Source: Treponemataceae bacterium (GTDB lineage Bacteria; Spirochaetota; Spirochaetia; Treponematales; Rectinemataceae). From it: 64,000 bases of DNA. The position numbers and the translations under genes were made by a program. Positions 58,608-64,000 of this stretch are shown one piece after another. How positions within the stretch are numbered: the stretch's first letter is position 1; every line of letters begins with the position of its first letter. The DNA is taken from positions 1-64,000 of the forward strand of contig CAXXHO010000003.1 of assembly GCA_963667725.2 (NCBI GenBank), given 5' to 3'. The notes below the pieces were generated by a model. That model had not been told where the DNA came from, did no database searches, and worked only from the letters and a program-made list of their open reading frames with translations.

Positions 58608-59300
58608 ATGAGAATAATCGATCTGAGCCAGGAAATTTACGCGGGAATGCCGGTCTTCAACGGCCATCCGCAAGTCACCATGAAACCCGCCGTCACCCAC
58701 GAGCAGAGGGACGGCATCGAGAATCCCACGACGGTTTCTCCCGTCGTCCACGAAATCACCCTGGGCGAGCATTCGAGCACCCACGTGGACGCCATCAACC
58801 ATTTCGCGCGCATTCACGTCGGGAAATCCATAGACAAAATGCCTCTGGAGACCTTCTACACGGAAGGCATCTGCCTCGACTTCTCGAAAAAGAAGCCCCT
58901 GGAGCTCATCGACGTGGACGAAATCAAAGCCGAGCTCGTCCGCGAGGGAAAGGAAATCCGCAAGGGAGACACCGTCCTCATCTATACCGACCATTACCGC
59001 CGTTACTACGAAACCGACCAGTGGAACAATGGTCCCGGGGTGACGCCTGCCGTGGCGCGCTGGCTCGGGGAATTGGGCGTTGCCGCCTTCGGCGTCGAAA
59101 CCAGATCGCCAGGCGTGCTGGGGAAGGGCAACAAGGAAATCCACACCATCTGCGGCGAGATGAACTATCCGCACTACGAGAATGTGATCAACATGCAGGA
59201 GCTGCTTCCCTACAAGCGCTTCAGGTTCATCGCCTTCCCGCTCAAGATTCGCGGCGGCACCGGTTCCCCGGTGCGCGCCGTGGCCATCGTGGAAGAGTAA
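58608..59300 (+). CDS. Cyclase family metal-dependent hydrolase (kynurenine formamidase-like)
   Basis: HSSTHVDAINH; PLKIRGGTGSPVRAVA. Confidence 0.9.
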   Translation: MRIIDLSQEIYAGMPVFNGHPQVTMKPAVTHEQRDGIENPTTVSPVVHEITLGEHSSTHVDAINHFARIHVGKSIDKMPLETFYTEGICLDFSKKKPLELIDVDEIKAELVREGKEIRKGDTVLIYTDHYRRYYETDQWNNGPGVTPAVARWLGELGVAAFGVETRSPGVLGKGNKEIHTICGEMNYPHYENVINMQELLPYKRFRFIAFPLKIRGGTGSPVRAVAIVEE

Positions 59301-59303
59301 GCC

Positions 59304-61703
59304 ATGGAACAGGCGCGGGAAAAAAGAAAACGCTTCGCTGCTCAGGTTTGCGGGGGGCTGGCGGGTCCAACTATGGGGGGCGCCGAGCCCGCGCCGCGGT
59401 TTGCGGCGGTAGAGCCGGCGTCAAGACCGGCGGCCCGGGAGACTGACGAGCCGCCGGCCTCGGCTCGGTTTCTCTTTGAGGCGACGCGCCGCGCCGCCGA
59501 GGCTGAAGGGCTGGAAATCATTCCAACCTGCTGTTTTTCCTGCAATACCGCCTGCGAAGTCCTGGCCTTCCGGGAAAAGGCGACGGGCCGGATCGTTAAA
59601 ATAGAAGGCGATCCCTCCTCTCCCGTCACCCATGGGGTCGCCTGCGCCAAAGGCCTGGCCGCTGCTGATCTTCTTTATAACCCCGGCCGAATAAAGCGAC
59701 CCCTCAAGCGCATAGAGCCGCGCGGCGCAAAGCCGGCGGCTTGCCCTGCATCTCCGGCTTCTCCTACTTCCCAAGATTTTTCGGGCGAAGCGGTTCCTCC
59801 CGGCTGGAAGGAAATCTCCTGGGACGAAGCGCTGGAAGAAATCACCTCCAGGCTGCTCAAGTACAGGGAGACAGACGGCGCGAAAAGCATAGCCTTCCTC
59901 GAAGGCACGAGGCGAGGGTGGAGCAGGGTGTATTCGCGCCTCGCCAATGCCTTCGGAGCGCCGAATCACGGGGCGGCGGGCTGGGCTCAATGCCTCTGGC
60001 CCCGCCTCGTGGACTGCAAGGTTACGTTCGGCGGCGCCCAGTACCCCGAGTCCTGCGACTTCGCGAACACGAACTGCGTCATAGTCTGGGGATCCAACCC
60101 CGCGGCTACCTGGCCTCTCCAGGGCGCGGCCATCATGGATGCCGCGGAACGCGGCGCCAAACTCATCGTCATCGATCCCAGGCTTTCGGAAACCGCCGCC
60201 AAGGCCGATACCTGGCTGCGGCTGAAACCGGGCAGCGATACCGACCTGGCCTTGGGATTCCTCCATGTGATCATAGCCGAAAACCTCTACGACCGCGATT
60301 TCGTCGAAAACTGGACCGTCGGTTTTGAGGAACTGCGTTCCCATGTGGCATGGAGGACGCCGGAAATCACCGAGAAGCTCACCGAAGTCTCGGCGGCGGC
60401 GATCCGCGAAGCCGCGATCGCTTTTGCCTCGACAAAACACGCGTGTATCTCCCGCTGCGTCTCGGTTGACCAGACCGCTGACTCGGTACAGACCTGCCGG
60501 GCCCTCTCGATCCTCATCGCCGTGACGGGCAACCTGGATGTTCCAGGCGGCAATATCCTCGTCTCCGGAAGGGGCGAACGCTCCCAGAACAGCCATGAAT
60601 TCATCCTTGCGGACAAGATTCCCCTGGAAATCCAGCGCGAGCGATGCGGCTACGAACGTTTTCCCCTCCTCTGCGGGGAACTGAGCTCAGTTCCGAGCGC
60701 GCACATGCCCAGCCTCTGGCGGACCGTGCTCACGGGCGAACCATATCCCATCAAAGCGGCGCTCATATTCGGCAGCAACGCCGCCGTTTCCTACACCAAT
60801 ACGAATGTGGTGACCCAAGCGATGGAGAAACTGGAATTCCTGGCCGTCTGCGACCTCTTCATGACGCCTACGGCCCAGATGGCCGACATCGTCCTCCCGG
60901 CCTCGTCCTGGCTCGAACGCGACAACGTCATCTCTTCCTTCCAGACATCCCTAGACTACAGCGTCATTCAACGGAAATGTTCCGAACCGATCGGCGAATC
61001 GCGATCCGACGTCGATATCGTCTGCGAACTCGCGAGGCGGATGGGCCTGGGCGACCTATTCTGGAAAGATTCGGAAGCGCTTTACGACTACCTGCTGGCG
61101 CCCACCGGATTGGGCCTGAGGCAAGCCATCGAAAAACGGCGCCTCTATGCTCCGCTCAAATACGGCAACTATCTCAAATCGGGCTTCAAGACACCTTCGG
61201 GCAAGGTGGAATTATTCTCGTCGGTGCTGGCCTCCAAGAACTGCGCCCCCTTGCCTCTAGGATCGCCTCGACCCAAGGAAGCAGGAAAACCCGAGGTAGA
61301 GGGGCAATCCAAAGAAGCAGGCAAACTCGGCGATGCGGAATACCCCCTGGACTTCAGTACGGGCGCGAGAAGCATCTTTTTCCGCCATACCGAGAACAGA
61401 AGAAATCCATGGCTCCTTTCCCAGAACCCCCATCCAACCGTCTATATCAACACCGAAATGGCGGCTTCCCTCGGAATCGCCGAGGGAGACCTTGTCGAAG
61501 TGCAGACGCCGGCGGGCAGCGCGCGCCTCCATGCCAAGCTCGAGCGCGACCTGGCCCTGAATTTCGTGGAAGCCGTGCCCGGCTGGGATGGGGAGGGGAA
61601 CATCAACCGCGCCCTGGGATGGGAACGTTTCGCCGAGGGAATCGGAACCGTGCCCATGCGAGGCCTAAAATGCCGGATAAAGAAGGTGAGCGATGCCATC
61701 TAA
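59304..61703 (+). CDS. DMSO reductase family Mo/W-bisPGD enzyme, acetylene hydratase-like, cytoplasmic
   Basis: CFSCNTAC...CAKG 4Fe-4S motif; ISWDEAL; AQCLWPR (Cys ligand); ADIVLPASSWLE; TPSGKVEL. Confidence 0.88.
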   Translation: MEQAREKRKRFAAQVCGGLAGPTMGGAEPAPRFAAVEPASRPAARETDEPPASARFLFEATRRAAEAEGLEIIPTCCFSCNTACEVLAFREKATGRIVKIEGDPSSPVTHGVACAKGLAAADLLYNPGRIKRPLKRIEPRGAKPAACPASPASPTSQDFSGEAVPPGWKEISWDEALEEITSRLLKYRETDGAKSIAFLEGTRRGWSRVYSRLANAFGAPNHGAAGWAQCLWPRLVDCKVTFGGAQYPESCDFANTNCVIVWGSNPAATWPLQGAAIMDAAERGAKLIVIDPRLSETAAKADTWLRLKPGSDTDLALGFLHVIIAENLYDRDFVENWTVGFEELRSHVAWRTPEITEKLTEVSAAAIREAAIAFASTKHACISRCVSVDQTADSVQTCRALSILIAVTGNLDVPGGNILVSGRGERSQNSHEFILADKIPLEIQRERCGYERFPLLCGELSSVPSAHMPSLWRTVLTGEPYPIKAALIFGSNAAVSYTNTNVVTQAMEKLEFLAVCDLFMTPTAQMADIVLPASSWLERDNVISSFQTSLDYSVIQRKCSEPIGESRSDVDIVCELARRMGLGDLFWKDSEALYDYLLAPTGLGLRQAIEKRRLYAPLKYGNYLKSGFKTPSGKVELFSSVLASKNCAPLPLGSPRPKEAGKPEVEGQSKEAGKLGDAEYPLDFSTGARSIFFRHTENRRNPWLLSQNPHPTVYINTEMAASLGIAEGDLVEVQTPAGSARLHAKLERDLALNFVEAVPGWDGEGNINRALGWERFAEGIGTVPMRGLKCRIKKVSDAI

Positions 61704-62265
61704 TACAACATTCGCCATAGATTTGGATCGCTGCTGGGGATGCGGCACCTGCGAGGTCGCCTGCGCCCTTGAGAAAAAAAGCGGCCCCGGCACTGGCCGC
61801 GTAAAAATCGAGGAAATCTGGGGAAAGAATGGCGAAGCCATCCCCGGATCGCTCCAGGGGCGCGGCTTCGTCCCCGTTCTCTGCCAGCAATGCGAGGACC
61901 CCGCCTGCGCGGCCGCCTGCCCTGCGGGCGCTTTGTCCAGAGACGCCGCCGGGCTTCTGGCCTTCGACGCCGAACTCTGCCTTTCCTGCGGATTATGCGA
62001 ATCAGCCTGCCCCTATGGCGCGATCCAGCTCGCCGCCGATTCAGGACAGCCGTTGAGGTGCGATCAGTGCGCTTCGCGCCAGAGCGCGGGGCTTCTGCCC
62101 GCCTGCGTCCAGCACTGCCCGGGCAAGGCTCTCGCCATCGTGGCGGAGGGCAAGGAAGCCGACCGCGGCGCAGAAACCGGCCGCGGTCCCAAACGCGCTT
62201 GGTCGATCGGCAGGGTTGACTATTTATCGCGCGGTATAGGGCTTAGCGATCGTTCTCCCGATTGA
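61693..62265 (+). CDS. 4Fe-4S dicluster electron-transfer subunit (DmsB-like)
   Basis: CWGCGTCEVAC, CQQCEDPACAAACP, CLSCGLCESACP, CDQC...CVQHCP. Confidence 0.92.
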   Translation: MPSNTTFAIDLDRCWGCGTCEVACALEKKSGPGTGRVKIEEIWGKNGEAIPGSLQGRGFVPVLCQQCEDPACAAACPAGALSRDAAGLLAFDAELCLSCGLCESACPYGAIQLAADSGQPLRCDQCASRQSAGLLPACVQHCPGKALAIVAEGKEADRGAETGRGPKRAWSIGRVDYLSRGIGLSDRSPD

Positions 62266-63358
62266 ACCGCCTGAACTCTCGATTGATGCTCCGCCAACGC
62301 GCCCGCTCGGCCGCCGCCAGCAGGGGATCCTGCCGCCGTTCCAGGGCCTCGATTTCGCGGCGCAGCTTTCTCCAGGCGGCGACGCGATCGTCAGCGATAG
62401 CGCCCGATTCGATAGCCTCGCGCACCGCGCATCCTGGCTCGTTCTCGTGAGTACAGTCCCTGAATTTACATGAGGCAGCCAGAGCCTCGATTTCGGGGAA
62501 GGTCGCGTCCACATCCTCTTCCGAAGTCCAGAGCTGAATCTCCCTCAATCCTGGCGTATCGATGAGAAGGGCGCCCGAAGGCAGGCGGAAAAGCGTCCGA
62601 ACGCTCGTCGTGTGCCGTCCCTTGTGGTCGTCGGCGCGAATGTCCTGGACGCGCTGGAGGTCTCGCCCCGCTAAACGGTTGAGCAGAGTGCTCTTCCCCG
62701 CGCCCGAGGAACCGACGAGGACGGCGGTGACTCCAGGCAGGAGAAATTCATCGAATTTTTCCAAGCCTTGACCGGTGAGAGCGCTCACCGCGAAGACGGG
62801 GAGGGCAGGCGCCAGGCTTCTCGTCCTGTGGATAAGCTCATCGATATTCTCGGCCAGATCAACCTTCGTTATGACAACGACCGGACGCGCGCCCGAATCG
62901 ATAGCGAGGGCTATATAACGTTCGATCCGCCGCGCGTTCCAGTCCTGGCCCGCGGCGGCGACGATTATGGCCGTGTCGATGTTCGCGACGAGAACCTGCT
63001 CCTCGACCTTGTCGTAGGCTGTATCGCCCTTAGCCTTGCGCGAAAACCTGCTCACGCGCGGCAGGACGGCATGGATCACAGCCGGCGAATCTTTGTATTG
63101 CCCCTGGCGTATGAGGACCCAGTCGCCCGTCACGGGCATTTCGGCGGAAAGGCCGACTCCATGCATGAACTTTCCCGAGACGACAGCGTCGAGTTCCTCG
63201 ACTGCATCCCCAACGCCCTCTGTGGCTTCGGCCACTACGCGCCATGAATCCCTGCCGGTTTCCGCGACGCGCGCCGGCGACAGGTTCAGATCAGCATAGA
63301 CGTGGGCGGCGCCCTCGAAAGTGGCGTTCCATCCGTATGATTCTAGTGAATTGTGCAT
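62243..63358 (-). CDS. rsgA: Ribosome small subunit-dependent GTPase A
   Basis: VTGDWV, TKVD, GSSGAGKSTLLN, GRHTT, DTPGLRE, CKFRDCTHENEPGC; start moved to ATG 63358. Confidence 0.93.
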   Translation of the reverse strand: MHNSLESYGWNATFEGAAHVYADLNLSPARVAETGRDSWRVVAEATEGVGDAVEELDAVVSGKFMHGVGLSAEMPVTGDWVLIRQGQYKDSPAVIHAVLPRVSRFSRKAKGDTAYDKVEEQVLVANIDTAIIVAAAGQDWNARRIERYIALAIDSGARPVVVITKVDLAENIDELIHRTRSLAPALPVFAVSALTGQGLEKFDEFLLPGVTAVLVGSSGAGKSTLLNRLAGRDLQRVQDIRADDHKGRHTTSVRTLFRLPSGALLIDTPGLREIQLWTSEEDVDATFPEIEALAASCKFRDCTHENEPGCAVREAIESGAIADDRVAAWRKLRREIEALERRQDPLLAAAERARWRSINREFRRFNRENDR

Positions 63359-63452
63359 TGCTTTGTTTCTCCGGTTAAATTTTGCTAACATCCCGACATA
63401 CCGTTCGCGGGAGGAAGCCCGGAGAATGACTCGAAGATTCCAAAAGGGAAAG

Positions 63453-63509
63453 CTAGGCGAGTATCCTCCGAGGTTCCTTTTCGCGAACAATCACCCTGTA
63501 GTTTTTCAT
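63453..63509 (-). CDS. Putative rsgA leader peptide (18 aa, MKNYRVIVREKEPRRILA)
   Basis: GAGGAGG SD 5 nt upstream; the ORF forms one arm of a long hairpin. Confidence 0.6.
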   Translation of the reverse strand: MKNYRVIVREKEPRRILA

Positions 63510-63626
63510 ATGGACCTCCTCGTGGATATTTTTGAGGGAGCCTTAAGGCTCTTCTTGATCATAATAAAAGTTTGCGATTAAAAAATCAATAGTAGTTTTA
63601 CATCATCTCAGCGTGTTGTTCTGCAG

Positions 63627-64000
63627 TCATGTGGCAGATCGAAAATACGCTTGCGCGAGCGACCTTAGCCGTCTTGCGATCGATGGAGGCAGGGCTTCCT
63701 TCATCCGCCAAGTCCAGTAGCCATCCTGCCTACCCGGATAATTCATGCGCGCCTCGCTTCCCAACCCGAGCAGATCCTGGACAGGCGCGATGGCGATACA
63801 GGCGGGGCTGGCCCAGGCTGCTTTTATCATGTTCCAGGCAAAGGCAGCGCGGCGCCCGCCTACAAACCCCAGCCCCCGCCTGGCCGCGGCAGGCGCCGCT
63901 TCCCCGATCCACCCCATGCACGTGTTGTTGTCGTGAGTGCCCGTATACACCACCGCGTTCCTCTCATAGTTGTACGGGTAATCGGCGTTGTCCCCTTCGG
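63627..64000 (-). CDS. malQ: 4-alpha-glucanotransferase, 3' part
   Basis: VYTGTHDNNT, QDLLGLGSEARMNYPG, WTWR. Confidence 0.92.
   Translation of the reverse strand, partial: EGDNADYPYNYERNAVVYTGTHDNNTCMGWIGEAAPAAARRGLGFVGGRRAAFAWNMIKAAWASPACIAIAPVQDLLGLGSEARMNYPGRQDGYWTWRMKEALPPSIARRLRSLAQAYFRSAT

Noticed and set aside
59304..59400. Tat signal peptide on the Mo/W enzyme (KRKRF)
   Set aside because: There is no RR pair and no hydrophobic h-region.

Overview
A GC-rich bacterial window, most likely from a free-living anaerobic spirochaete. This is inferred from the comEC-rsmA order, spirochaetal-style lipoproteins, FadL-like barrels and a FemX-type glycyltransferase. From left to right it holds: housekeeping genes (methyltransferase, CPBP protease, comEC, rsmA, bactofilin, TPR protein, mtaB); a ~17 kb cell-envelope block around a tRNA-Lys in which secreted proteins or lipoproteins are repeatedly paired with predicted outer-membrane beta-barrels, including a ~2,580-aa Ig-repeat protein with its own ~850-aa barrel; transport genes, including corA behind an unannotated acidic-Pro leader peptide and SD-sequestering hairpin; a LacI-controlled operon joining two ADP-ribosylglycohydrolases and a sugar ABC importer to a citrate lyase (CitD-CitE fusion plus CitF); TetR and YtrA/GntR operons with clear palindromic operators; a catabolic island (two secreted amidohydrolase paralogs sharing a 242-bp identical tract, TAXI-TRAP transporter, FadR, DRE-TIM enzyme, cyclase, acetylene-hydratase-like Mo/W enzyme) tied together by an identical 18-bp upstream motif; rsgA with a second putative leader-peptide attenuator; and the 3' end of malQ. 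I saw no integrase, transposase, CRISPR array or rRNA. All family calls come from motifs recognised by eye, not from database searches.
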